Assembly (NCBI GenBank): GCA_036229005.1
Contig: JAZAMN010000071.1
Span: forward strand, 179,388 to 243,387
DNA length: 64,000 bases
Direction: 5' to 3'
DNA from: Myxococcota bacterium
GTDB taxonomy: Bacteria; Myxococcota_A; UBA796; CAJQPC01
Of this stretch, positions 19,342 to 28,525 are shown piece after piece. The position numbers were made by a program, and so were the translations under genes. The notes beneath the pieces were generated by a model. The model worked only from the letters and a program-made list of their open reading frames with translations. It made no database searches and was not told where the DNA came from. Position 1 is the stretch's first letter. Each line of letters begins with the position of its first letter.

Positions 19342-19645
19342 CAACGTCGCCTGTCTTTTTAGTAGGGGGCTCCGCCCCCGTACGCCGGCAAAGCCGGCTT
19401 ACCCCCAGGGGGGCCTTCGCCAGCCCCCCAGTTGCAAAACGCGACTCGGACTCTCGCAGAACGAAGTTCTGCGGTCCGGTCTCGTTTGTGCAAGTCCCCC
19501 CAGGCGTCGGGTCGCATTGCGACCTGCACTGACGTACCCGTTTTCCACCGGGCCCCAAGGGGCCCTCTCCCCTTCGGGTCGGGAAAACGAGCACGCAATG
19601 CAGCCCCTTGGGCCGACACCCTCCATGGGTCTCGGTGGCTGGGGG
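19340..19645. repeat. Structured non-coding element A, copy 2
   Basis: Aligns with copy 1 but lacks a ~73-nt loop insertion. Differences mostly preserve the stems. Confidence 0.9.
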
Positions 19646-19700
19646 AGGAGGTGGGCTGTGTTGGTGGTGGTCCAACCAGTCGATGCGCACCCAGGGCTTC

Positions 19701-20171
19701 GCCGGCCGGCGCACCCGCTCCAAGCGGGCAACCCGCGCGCCGGCCGCGAAGCCGCGACGGCCATGCCTGGCCGGAGCCGGGACCGCCCCCGGGCGGGCCC
19801 GTACAGGGGGTGTGGGGGTGCTTGTCCCCCGCAAGACTGAGCTTTCCTCCCAGGAACCCGCCGATTTGCCGGCCGGCGCACCCGCTCCAAGCGGACACCC
19901 AGCTGCGCCGGCCGCAAATCGCGCGAGGGCCATGCCTGGCCCGAGCCGGGACCGCCCCCAGGGCGGGCCCGTACAGGGTGTGTGGGGGACCTTGTCCCCC
20001 GCAAGACTGAGCTTTCCTCCCAGGAAGCCGCCGATTTGCCGGCCGGCGCACCCGCTCCTAGCAGCCCCCTGCTGCGCCGGCCGCAAATCGCGTGAGGGCC
20101 ATGCCTGGCCCGAGCCGGGACCGCCCCCGGGGCGGGCCCGTACAGAGGGTGTGGGGGACCTTGTCCCCCAC
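19701..20171. repeat. Three tandem ~170-bp hairpin-rich units
   Basis: GCCGGCCGGCGCACCCGCTCC starts at 19701, 19868 and 20038. Each unit has GGCCATGCCTGGCC and GGGACCGCCC..GGGCGGGCCCGTACA. Units 2 and 3 have GGGGGAC-CTT-GTCCCCC; unit 1 has a variant. Confidence 0.92.
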
Positions 20172-20188
20172 AGGAATGCAGGTTTCGT

Positions 20189-20461
20189 CTACGAAACCTG
20201 CTCGGGCGTCAGCGTCACCAACCGGTCCACGGCGTGCACCGGCGCCTGGTCCCCGGCCATCAGCTCCTTGATGGCGCCCAGCACCAGGCGGTGCTTGGCC
20301 AGGGTGCGCTTGCCCTCGAACTGCTCGGAGACAACCCGGATCTCGAAGTGCCCGCCGGCCCCGCTGGCCTGCACCTGGCAGCCCGGAATGGCCTCACTCA
20401 CAGCAGCCTCGATGGCTGCGCAGATGTCGCCCTTGAAGTCGGTGGGGTGGTGTCCGCTCAT
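20189..20461 (-). CDS. bolA: BolA/IbaG family protein
   Basis: GGHFEIRVVSEQFEGKRTLAKHRLV...VHAV with AGGAG RBS. Confidence 0.9.
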   Translation of the reverse strand: MSGHHPTDFKGDICAAIEAAVSEAIPGCQVQASGAGGHFEIRVVSEQFEGKRTLAKHRLVLGAIKELMAGDQAPVHAVDRLVTLTPEQVS

Positions 20462-20504
20462 GTTCTCGCTCCTGCCGGGTTGCAGGCAGCTATAAGCCGC
20501 CGTC

Positions 20505-22340
20505 CTACTCAGGGTGCACAGACGAGCGCTCCGCCTGCAGGCCAGCCAGGACGGCAGCCCGCTCCGGGTCCTCGTTCAAGGTGAAGTAGTAGCGCTGGAT
20601 GAAGGCCACATCCTGCTCAAACTCCTTGTCAGACAGCCCCCGAGCGGTGCGCACCCAGCGGTCGAACTCCTCGGGAAAGCGCGTCAGCTCCACGTCGGGG
20701 TCTACCGACAACACCTCGACCACATGGGGATCGTAGAGCCAGAAGTGCCAGTGCTTGGGCCCCGGCCGCTCAAGCCACACAGCGGTCTGCTTGCGCCAGC
20801 GCCCGGGATTCGCCGACCGCCACCGCGTGATGCGTACCCTCCTCTCGGTCAACAGATCACCCTCCGGCCACTTCTCGTGGCCGGGCATGGCCCGCTCCTT
20901 GAGCGGGAGGCGCGCGATCTCCTTGTCGGTCAGCCCGCGCATGTCCAGCACCGGCAGCTCCGAGTAGTAGCCGAGCATGCCGATGCCCGAGCTCGCCAGC
21001 AGCACCTCGCTGTCACCGAGCAGCTCCTTGAAGCGGTGGCCGGCCACAAAGTTTGCGTGGTTCATCGAGAAGGGTCGATAGCTGTCGACCGGGTAGACCT
21101 CCTCCTCATTCGCCATGTACCAGCGCCCAAAGTCCGGGCCGACGATAGGCAGCGACCAGAGCCCCAGCCCAAAGAGCACACCCGCCGGGACCGCCAACCG
21201 GTGCGCCTGAAAGGGCACCAGCGCAGCCCCCAGCAGCAGCAAGGGTAGAAGCGGCAACACGAAGCGCCCATACATGAAGTCGCCCCCGACCTTGGCGACG
21301 TAGAGCAGGTACAGCGGCGCGCCGATCGCCACGAAGGCCCAGAAGCGCGCCCGCAGATCGCGAAGGTCCAAACCCGCCCGGAGCTGCCCGACCAGCCCGG
21401 CAACGACCAGCAATACCAGGATCCATGCGTGCTCCCCCAAGACCACGCTCAGCAGATAGATTCCACCCTGCGAAAAGTAGCTCAGATCGCCGGACTTGGC
21501 CCAGTAGGTGTTCGGTAGAAGCGCCCCGTAGAAGTGCAGCTTCCAAGCCAAATAGGGCAGCAACAAGACCGCCACGCCGCCGTAGCGCAAGACCGGAGTC
21601 AGGCGCGCCGCGAAACCCTGCTCCGCCTGCCAGGACCACCCAAGGACCACCAGCCCGCCGACACCCCAGAAGAGCAGCAGGTCCGGGTGGAGGAGGGCAG
21701 CGAGCAGCCCACACAGCGACGCCCCCACCACCCAGAGATCCCGCGGCCCTCGCGCCTTGAGCAGACAGCCCACCAAGGCGAGGACCGTGAGGGCGGCTGC
21801 GCTGGTCTCCATTCCAGTCGTGGCGAACTCAGTGGCGATCCCGTTGACCAGGTAGGCCCCCGCCGCGACGGTGCCCCCCAAGCCCTCAGGCTGCAGCAGG
21901 CGACCGGTGCCCCAGAGCAGCGCGGCCGTGCCCAGGTAGGAGAGCAGGCACAGCAGCGTGACGCTCAACTCCGGGCTCTCCGGGGCCACGAGCATGGACA
22001 GCGCCATGAGCAGGGTCCACAGGAAGTTCGTGTAGCCCTCGACCGCCTCCCCCGGGTTCCAGACCAGCCCCCGCCCCTCCACCAGGTTGTGCGCGTAGCG
22101 CATTGAGATGAAGGCGTCGTCAAAGAAGGAGCGCCGCGCCCAGGCCTGCCAGAGGCCCAGCCCCAGCGCTCCCGCCACCCCCAGCGCTGCGGGGATCCGG
22201 AGCGCCCTGGCCCCCCAGCGCCCCTGGCCCAGCGCCAAGGCCCCCACCACCATGGCACCCACCAGAGCGACAGCGGCTTGCTGCGGCGCCAGCTCGGCCG
22301 CGCGTTGGAGCATCTCCAGCGGCCAGCTCGCTCTGTCCAT
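20505..22340 (-). CDS. GT-C-fold polytopic membrane glycosyltransferase (AftB-like)
   Basis: DDAFISMRYAHNL..G.GLVWNPGE.VEGYTNFLW, GMET, LLPNTYWAK, GGDFM..RF, LDMRGLTD and PGHEK motifs. Confidence 0.8.
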   Translation of the reverse strand: MDRASWPLEMLQRAAELAPQQAAVALVGAMVVGALALGQGRWGARALRIPAALGVAGALGLGLWQAWARRSFFDDAFISMRYAHNLVEGRGLVWNPGEAVEGYTNFLWTLLMALSMLVAPESPELSVTLLCLLSYLGTAALLWGTGRLLQPEGLGGTVAAGAYLVNGIATEFATTGMETSAAALTVLALVGCLLKARGPRDLWVVGASLCGLLAALLHPDLLLFWGVGGLVVLGWSWQAEQGFAARLTPVLRYGGVAVLLLPYLAWKLHFYGALLPNTYWAKSGDLSYFSQGGIYLLSVVLGEHAWILVLLVVAGLVGQLRAGLDLRDLRARFWAFVAIGAPLYLLYVAKVGGDFMYGRFVLPLLPLLLLGAALVPFQAHRLAVPAGVLFGLGLWSLPIVGPDFGRWYMANEEEVYPVDSYRPFSMNHANFVAGHRFKELLGDSEVLLASSGIGMLGYYSELPVLDMRGLTDKEIARLPLKERAMPGHEKWPEGDLLTERRVRITRWRSANPGRWRKQTAVWLERPGPKHWHFWLYDPHVVEVLSVDPDVELTRFPEEFDRWVRTARGLSDKEFEQDVAFIQRYYFTLNEDPERAAVLAGLQAERSSVHPE

Positions 22341-22410
22341 GGTGTTTCCCCGGGGATCTTTGTGGACCGGACCATCGCAGCATAATGGGCCCCCCTCCCA
22401 GAAGGCCACC

Positions 22411-24717
22411 GTGCAGAAACCGCCCCTGAGACTCCACCTCGCCATCGCGGCGGTCGCGTTCGGGCTCGTCCTGCTCGAGCTCCAGTTGACCCGCCTGTTC
22501 TCCGTGGTGCTCTTCGCCTCCTTCGCACACCTGGCCCTGGCCCTGGCCCTGCTCGGCATCGGCGTCGGCGCCATCCTGCAGCACCTGTGGCCCAAGCTCG
22601 TCCCCGCCACGGGGACCCTGGAGCGGATCGGCTGGTTGGCCCTGCTGCAGGCTGGGCTCACCATCGTCGCGGTCTTGGCCACCCTGCATTTCCCCATGGT
22701 CACCCAGTTCGAGGTCCCCCCGGAGACCTACCAGGAGCGCAGCTCCGTGGTCGACGACCTGGTCGATCCCTTCTGGTTCGCCGCCCTGCTCCCGGTACTG
22801 GCCCTCCCCTTCACCGCAGCGGGCCTCACCCTCGCCGGCGTGTTCCAGCGCTACCGCGAGCACATCGGCGCGGTCTACGCAGCCGATCTGGGCGGCGGCG
22901 CTGTCGCCGCGGTGCTCTTCCTGCCCCTGCTCACCGCCCTCTCCGGCCCCGATCTGTGCTTCCTGGCGACCGCCGTGCTGGGCCTGGGCGCCCTGGCCGT
23001 CTCCACCGGAAAGCAGCGCTGGGCCACCGGTAGCGTGCTCGCGCTGTCCCTGCTGGGCCTGGGCGTGGGCCTCAAGACCGAGGTTCTCCAGGTCCGCCAG
23101 GCCGCTGGCTACTCCGAAGACACCATCCGCACTTCGCTGTGGACCCCCATCGCCCGCGTGTCCATCGCCCAGCTCAAGCGCGGTGACTTCATCGTCCTGG
23201 ACAACAGCTCCGCCTCCCAGATCGTCCAGGAGGCCCGCGACGTCGACGCCCACGACAGCACCCTGACCGCCAGCCTGGTCTACCGGCTGCACGAGCCCGG
23301 GGCGCGCGTCGCCATCCTGGCCGCCAGCGCCGGCCCCCAGGTCGCCGTCGCCCAGCGCCACGGACACACCCAGATCGACGCCATCGACATCGCCGGCGGC
23401 ATCCACGAGCTGGTCACCGAGGGCTACGCAGACGCCCCGGCCAACCCCTACCTGCAGCCCGGTGTGACCTTCAAGGCCCTGGACGGCCGCGCGGGCATCG
23501 CCTCGACCACCGAGCCCTACGACATCATCCAGATGGTCCACGCCAACCTGTGGTCCAGCGCTGGGCTGATGTCCAACGCCTGGTCCCCCGCCCTGCTGGA
23601 GACCCGCGAGGCCTTCGGCGTCTACCTGGACCACCTCAACCCCGAGGGCACCCTGTCCTTCGGTCGTGGCAGCCAGACCGACCGGATCGCCCGTTCTGCG
23701 GCCGCGGCCCTCCGCCAGCGCGGCGTCAAGCGGCCCAGCGAGCACATCCTGATGGCCAAGGGCAGCTCCACAGTGATGCTGGTCAAGCTCCGCCCCTGGA
23801 CCCAAACCGAGGTCGAGCAGGCCGAGCTCCACGCCCGCCAGACCGACCGCAAGGCCAAGCTGACCGCCGACCCCACCACCCGCCCCGACGGCTACCTCCG
23901 AGGGATCGTCCTGACCGACGACCGGCCCTACCTGGACGACCACACCCTCCTCAAGCAGTCGGTGGACGAGCTCTTCGAGGAGCGCTCCGGTGAGAATGAG
24001 GAAGCGCTGGCCGCCCTCTACCGCTCGATCGTGGTGCAGTCCGGCTTTGTGCTCTTCGCGGGCCTGCTGTTCATCCTGGTGCCGATGCTGCGCCGCGGCC
24101 CCGCCGAGCTCCAGGGCGTCAAGGGCATCCACTGGGGGCTGCTCTACGCCTGCACCCTGGGCTACGGCTACCTGAGCGTGGAGACGGTGCTGCTGCACGA
24201 GCTCGCGCTGTTCGTGGGGCACCCCACCTTTGCGGTGACCGCCGTGATCCTGGCGATGCTGGCGTCCAGCGGGCTGGGGTCGTACCTCGCCGGCAGGATC
24301 AAGCCCGACAAGATGCTGCTCGCGCTGCGGGTGGCGCTGGGTGCAGGCCTGATCCTGGGGGTGGTCCAAGGCTGGCTCCTCCCCCCCCTGCTGGAGTCCG
24401 CGGCGATGACCGCGCCGCTGCCCGCGCGCTTCGCCCTGACGGTGCTCTCCCTGGTCCCCCTGGGCCTGGTGCTGGGGATGCCCTTCCCCCTGGGGATGCG
24501 CCTGCTGCGCCCCGAGGTCGGCGGCCTGGTGCCCTGGGCCTGGGCACTCAATGGCTGGATGAGCGTGGCCAGCTCCCTGATCACGGTCATCCTGGCGCGC
24601 ATGTACGGCTACCACCGCGCTCTGGCCGTCGCGCTGGGGGTCTACGCCCTCGGGCTGCTGCTGGCGGGCATGCTCCCCCGCATCCGGGGGGTGCAATCGG
24701 GGGCCGAGACGGCGTAG
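22411..24717 (+). CDS. Polytopic membrane protein with a central spermidine-synthase/SAM-MTase-like domain
   Basis: N- and C-terminal TM bundles (YAADLGG, GMPFPLG, PWAWALNG). Central DAIDI, DGR, YDIIQ and ETREAF...LNPEG. GTG 22411 is the likely start. Confidence 0.8.
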   Translation: MQKPPLRLHLAIAAVAFGLVLLELQLTRLFSVVLFASFAHLALALALLGIGVGAILQHLWPKLVPATGTLERIGWLALLQAGLTIVAVLATLHFPMVTQFEVPPETYQERSSVVDDLVDPFWFAALLPVLALPFTAAGLTLAGVFQRYREHIGAVYAADLGGGAVAAVLFLPLLTALSGPDLCFLATAVLGLGALAVSTGKQRWATGSVLALSLLGLGVGLKTEVLQVRQAAGYSEDTIRTSLWTPIARVSIAQLKRGDFIVLDNSSASQIVQEARDVDAHDSTLTASLVYRLHEPGARVAILAASAGPQVAVAQRHGHTQIDAIDIAGGIHELVTEGYADAPANPYLQPGVTFKALDGRAGIASTTEPYDIIQMVHANLWSSAGLMSNAWSPALLETREAFGVYLDHLNPEGTLSFGRGSQTDRIARSAAAALRQRGVKRPSEHILMAKGSSTVMLVKLRPWTQTEVEQAELHARQTDRKAKLTADPTTRPDGYLRGIVLTDDRPYLDDHTLLKQSVDELFEERSGENEEALAALYRSIVVQSGFVLFAGLLFILVPMLRRGPAELQGVKGIHWGLLYACTLGYGYLSVETVLLHELALFVGHPTFAVTAVILAMLASSGLGSYLAGRIKPDKMLLALRVALGAGLILGVVQGWLLPPLLESAAMTAPLPARFALTVLSLVPLGLVLGMPFPLGMRLLRPEVGGLVPWAWALNGWMSVASSLITVILARMYGYHRALAVALGVYALGLLLAGMLPRIRGVQSGAETA

Positions 24718-24726
24718 CATTCGGGA

Positions 24727-25608
24727 ATGCCACTCGCCCTCGACGAATACGCGGTCCTCAAGGACTTCTCGGTCCTCTACTCCGGAGGCCTGGACTCCTG
24801 CGCTGTGCCCCTGATCATCGGAGAGAACCAGCGCGATGACCGCCGGGGTGGGGTGCACCTGCTCACCTTCATGCACCGCTATGGCGCGCTCTTCAACGAG
24901 TGGAGCCGCAAGCACACGCCCGAGCTGCAGCGCATCCTGGGCCTGCGGGTGCAGCACCACCTGATCGACCACACGGTGGAGTGGGACGAGATCGGGGCCG
25001 CGAACTTCCTGCGGGAGGCCCTCAAGTACGGCGGCCACTGGACGGTCTGCCTGGGCTGCCAGGAGGCCATGGCGACCCACGCGATCGCCTACAACCTGGA
25101 GCGCGGCATCACCAACACGCTGATCTGCTCGTCGGTGGGCGGCGAGTACGCGGTGATGTCGATGCCGATCACGCGCCAGAAGAACAAGGAGTTCTACGCG
25201 CGCTTTGGCGTCCGCTACAACGCGCCGCTGCTGGACCTGGGCATCGGCAAGCCCGAAGAGCGCCAGGTGCTCCAGCAGCACGGCATCGAGGCCGGATGGG
25301 GCGCCCGCCGCTCGCACCAGGGCTACCAGCCGATCTGCGTGCTGGGCTTCCAGCACAGCCTGGACATCGTGTTCGACCTCCACACGACCTACCCCCCGGA
25401 CAAGGTCGCCCGCTACCTGGACGACAAGTACGTGGTGATGGAGCAGCTCATCCGCAAGCTGCTGATCCACCGCGGCCTGGACCCGGACAAGCTGATCGCC
25501 GAGAACCTGGAGCGCTACCAGGAAGAGGAGCGCCTGCTGGAAGAGGTGCGGGCCGCCCGCGGTGACGCCGGCCCCTCCCTGCGCAGCCCGGCGGCGCCCC
25601 GGCGTTGA
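24727..25608 (+). CDS. PP-loop (adenine nucleotide alpha-hydrolase) ATP pyrophosphatase, ThiI/QueC-superfamily-like
   Basis: VLYSGGLDS PP-loop, central CLGC and a distal YQPIC cysteine. Confidence 0.78.
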   Translation: MPLALDEYAVLKDFSVLYSGGLDSCAVPLIIGENQRDDRRGGVHLLTFMHRYGALFNEWSRKHTPELQRILGLRVQHHLIDHTVEWDEIGAANFLREALKYGGHWTVCLGCQEAMATHAIAYNLERGITNTLICSSVGGEYAVMSMPITRQKNKEFYARFGVRYNAPLLDLGIGKPEERQVLQQHGIEAGWGARRSHQGYQPICVLGFQHSLDIVFDLHTTYPPDKVARYLDDKYVVMEQLIRKLLIHRGLDPDKLIAENLERYQEEERLLEEVRAARGDAGPSLRSPAAPRR

Positions 25609-28478
25609 GCGCGCAGGCCCCAGAGCCCTGGGACTGGACCCAGGCCACCCTCCCCCGCGGAGAGGTGGGCTTCGAGGTCAGCGAGGTCCTGGACGGCCGC
25701 TACGCCCTCAAGGAGCCCCTGGGCGCGGGTGCGCAGGGCAGGGTGATCGCCGCCTACGACGCCATCGCCAAGGAGCGGGTGGCGGTCAAGCTGGTGCCCG
25801 AGCTGTTCGGGAGCGGGGGCCGCCTGGAGATCGCCGCGCTGCGCATGGTGCGCTCCCCCCACGTGGTGCGCCTGCTGGACGAGGGCAAGGTCCCCGGCGG
25901 GCGCTACCTGGTCATGGAGCTGGTGGACGGCGACCCCCTGCCCACGGGGCCGATGGCCTGGCCCAAGGCCCGCGCGCTGGTCGTCGGTGTGCTGCGCGCC
26001 CTGCACGCTCTGCACCGCGAGGGGCTCACCCATCGGGACCTCAAGCTGGACAACCTGCGCCTGCGGGACCGCCAGCCGGTGCTGCTGGACCTGGGCCTGA
26101 GCCTGGCGCCGCCCCCGGGCCCCGGCGAGCTCCAGGGCTCCCTGTCCACCATGAGCCCTGAGCAGCTCCGCGGAGAGCCGGCCACCCCCAAGTCGGACCT
26201 CTACGCCCTGGGGCAGCTCCTCTACCGGTGGCTGACGGGTCGACCGGCGCAGCCGGGGAGCCCGGCGGAGCTGCGGGAGGCGCGCCTGATGTCCTCGCCT
26301 GCGCCGATCGGCAGCATCCGGCCTGGGCTACCCCGGCTGGTCAAAGAGTTGGTGCACAGCCTGCTGGAGCGGGACCCCGCCCTCCGTCCCCCCAGCGCGG
26401 AGTGGCTGCTGCACGCCCTGGGAGAGCAGACCCCCCGCAGCCAGGCCGCCGCCCTGCTCCAGCACCACCCGGAGCGCTGCCAACCCCGGGACCTGGAGGG
26501 CCTGTTCGCGGGGCACAAGCGGGTGGTCCACATCCCCGACGACGCCGCGCGCGTGCTCTACCAGGCCACCGGCGGGCACCGCAGCGTCGTGCAGGAGGTC
26601 CTCACCCAGTGGATCACCCGCGGCCACGTTCAGCTTCAGGACGGCAAGCTGCACACCGACCGCGCCACCCTGGAGCGCCTGCGCCTGGGCCACGAACCCC
26701 TGCCCACCGACCCCGACCTGCGCCTGGCCGAGATGCTGCGGCGGTCCGAGTTCACCAGCCAGCACCAGGGCCTGGCCAGCGAAGGCCACGAGTGGGCCCG
26801 GCAGGCGATGCTGCTGGCTCTGGATCTGCAGGACCTCGAGCGCGCCCGAGAGGCCTGCGAGCTGCTCACCCAGGCCCGGAGTCAGGAGCGCAGCGCCAGC
26901 GGGATGCAGGACACGCTGCGGCTGCTGGAGCGGGCCAACCGCGAGGGCGTGGCCATCGACGATCTGATGTGGCTGCTGCGCGGCATCACTCTGGTCGTGC
27001 GGGAGCCCGAGCGCGCCCGGGAGGCCTTCCGCAACGCCGGCCGCTTCCAGCGCGCCTCCCTGGACACCGCCACCCAGGGCGGCCTCTCCCGCTCCTACCT
27101 GCGCGAGCCTGAGCACCTGCGGGCCCTGCTCTGGGGCCCCGAGCTGGAGGCCTGGGCCACCGACCCCGCCCGCCTGGCCAGCCTGCACTCCTGGCGCTCC
27201 CACTTCCTCTACCAGCAGCGCGACTGGGCGGGCGCCCGCGACGAGGCCCTGCGCGCCGCCCAGCACCAGACCAGCTTCCACAAGTGGGCGCGCTCCATGT
27301 CCAGCGCCATGTTCGCCAGCCTCGAGCTCGAAGACTACGAGCTGCTCGACGAGCACCTGATCCCCCTGCTCCTGCGCAGCGAGGGCGCCCGCCACACCAC
27401 CAACACCCTGCACATCCAGATGTGCTCCCGCTCGCGCGATGTGCGCATGGACCTGCCCACGACCCCCCGGCCCTGGCTCTCCGCCGCCGCCGAGGACTTC
27501 GGCATGCACTACGCCGCCTCCTTCGCTCTGCTGGAGACCGGCCTGGCCTGGCGCCGCGGCCTGCACGCCGACGGACGGGCCATCGCCGAGCGCGCCCTCC
27601 GGCAACCCCTGATCCCCCACCTGCGGCTCGTGATCCAGGCCCTCTACGGCCTCTGCGGCGGGATCGTCTCCGTGGAATCCCTCTTGGAGGAGCTCCCCAG
27701 CGTGCGTATGATGCCGCAGTTCAGAGTCCAGCTCTTGGGCCTGATCGCTGCGCTTGGGGGGCGGCCATCTCCTGAGCTCTTGTCCCAGCTCCTGGCCATC
27801 AAGTCCGAGCACCCCGAGATCGACTGGTCCCGGCGCCTGGACATCTGCTCTCCCGCCGAGGCCGAGTCCGCCTGCCGAACCGGCTCTCTGCAGAACCCTG
27901 CCCTGGAGGCCCCCATGAAGCGCACCTTCACCCTGACGCCCACCGAGCTCAACCACGAGACCTGGGAGCTCACCGGCCTCTCCAACCCCGCGTTCGTCAT
28001 CGTGACCCAGGTCGGCAGCGACTTCCAGGAGCAGGTCCTGGTCCACGCCGCGGACATCGCCAACTACGCCTCCAAGGCCACGACCGCCACCGCCATGGGC
28101 ATCCCCCCCACGGCCCCCGCGACCTTCCTGAACAGCCAGGGCCTCAACCCCGCCGACTACCGCATGGCCACCGTCACCGTCGACGCCGAGCCCATCACCG
28201 GCCTGCCCAACCCCCAGGGCGGCATGAACCACCGCTTCACGGTCAACAACAACGGCGGCACCCCCGCGGGCGTCCTGTACCGCTGCGACAACTCCGGCAC
28301 CTGGCAGGACTCCTGGGCCCTCAAGCCCAACTTTGTCTGGGGCGACGCCACCCACAGCGTCGGCATCGTCCCCGACCCCAGCCAGCCCGGCGCCCCCGCG
28401 GCCTGGGCCGCCGCCGCCAAGACCTTCGCCGCGGGCGGGCAGTTCATCCAGGTGACCTGGACCTGGACCGCCGTCTGA
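25605..28478 (+). CDS. Hanks-type Ser/Thr kinase with a helical (TPR-like) region, in frame with a distinct C-terminal module
   Basis: LGAGAQGRV, VAVK, HRDLKLDN, DLG, SPE and SDLYALG motifs. TTG start overlaps the upstream stop. Confidence 0.88.
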   Translation: MSAQAPEPWDWTQATLPRGEVGFEVSEVLDGRYALKEPLGAGAQGRVIAAYDAIAKERVAVKLVPELFGSGGRLEIAALRMVRSPHVVRLLDEGKVPGGRYLVMELVDGDPLPTGPMAWPKARALVVGVLRALHALHREGLTHRDLKLDNLRLRDRQPVLLDLGLSLAPPPGPGELQGSLSTMSPEQLRGEPATPKSDLYALGQLLYRWLTGRPAQPGSPAELREARLMSSPAPIGSIRPGLPRLVKELVHSLLERDPALRPPSAEWLLHALGEQTPRSQAAALLQHHPERCQPRDLEGLFAGHKRVVHIPDDAARVLYQATGGHRSVVQEVLTQWITRGHVQLQDGKLHTDRATLERLRLGHEPLPTDPDLRLAEMLRRSEFTSQHQGLASEGHEWARQAMLLALDLQDLERAREACELLTQARSQERSASGMQDTLRLLERANREGVAIDDLMWLLRGITLVVREPERAREAFRNAGRFQRASLDTATQGGLSRSYLREPEHLRALLWGPELEAWATDPARLASLHSWRSHFLYQQRDWAGARDEALRAAQHQTSFHKWARSMSSAMFASLELEDYELLDEHLIPLLLRSEGARHTTNTLHIQMCSRSRDVRMDLPTTPRPWLSAAAEDFGMHYAASFALLETGLAWRRGLHADGRAIAERALRQPLIPHLRLVIQALYGLCGGIVSVESLLEELPSVRMMPQFRVQLLGLIAALGGRPSPELLSQLLAIKSEHPEIDWSRRLDICSPAEAESACRTGSLQNPALEAPMKRTFTLTPTELNHETWELTGLSNPAFVIVTQVGSDFQEQVLVHAADIANYASKATTATAMGIPPTAPATFLNSQGLNPADYRMATVTVDAEPITGLPNPQGGMNHRFTVNNNGGTPAGVLYRCDNSGTWQDSWALKPNFVWGDATHSVGIVPDPSQPGAPAAWAAAAKTFAAGGQFIQVTWTWTAV
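27915..28478 (+). CDS. Probable independently initiated 187-aa protein nested in frame at the kinase 3' end
   Basis: GGAGG at 27905-27909 sits 5 nt before the ATG. Composition shifts abruptly to T/N/G/P-rich with almost all C/G-ending codons. Confidence 0.6.
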   Translation: MKRTFTLTPTELNHETWELTGLSNPAFVIVTQVGSDFQEQVLVHAADIANYASKATTATAMGIPPTAPATFLNSQGLNPADYRMATVTVDAEPITGLPNPQGGMNHRFTVNNNGGTPAGVLYRCDNSGTWQDSWALKPNFVWGDATHSVGIVPDPSQPGAPAAWAAAAKTFAAGGQFIQVTWTWTAV

Positions 28479-28525
28479 GCGAACTGCACGCGCAGATCCA
28501 CCTGAGCGCCGCGCGGTCTCTGGGC

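Noticed and set aside
18472..19645. Group II intron or retron RNA
   Set aside because: I found no recognisable domain V or 5' GUGYG boundary, and there is no reverse transcriptase in the window.
18287..20495. Numerous overlapping ORFs across the repeat mosaic
   Set aside because: They are R/G/P-rich translations of GC-rich repeats with no codon bias or motifs, and indels between copies are governed by structure.
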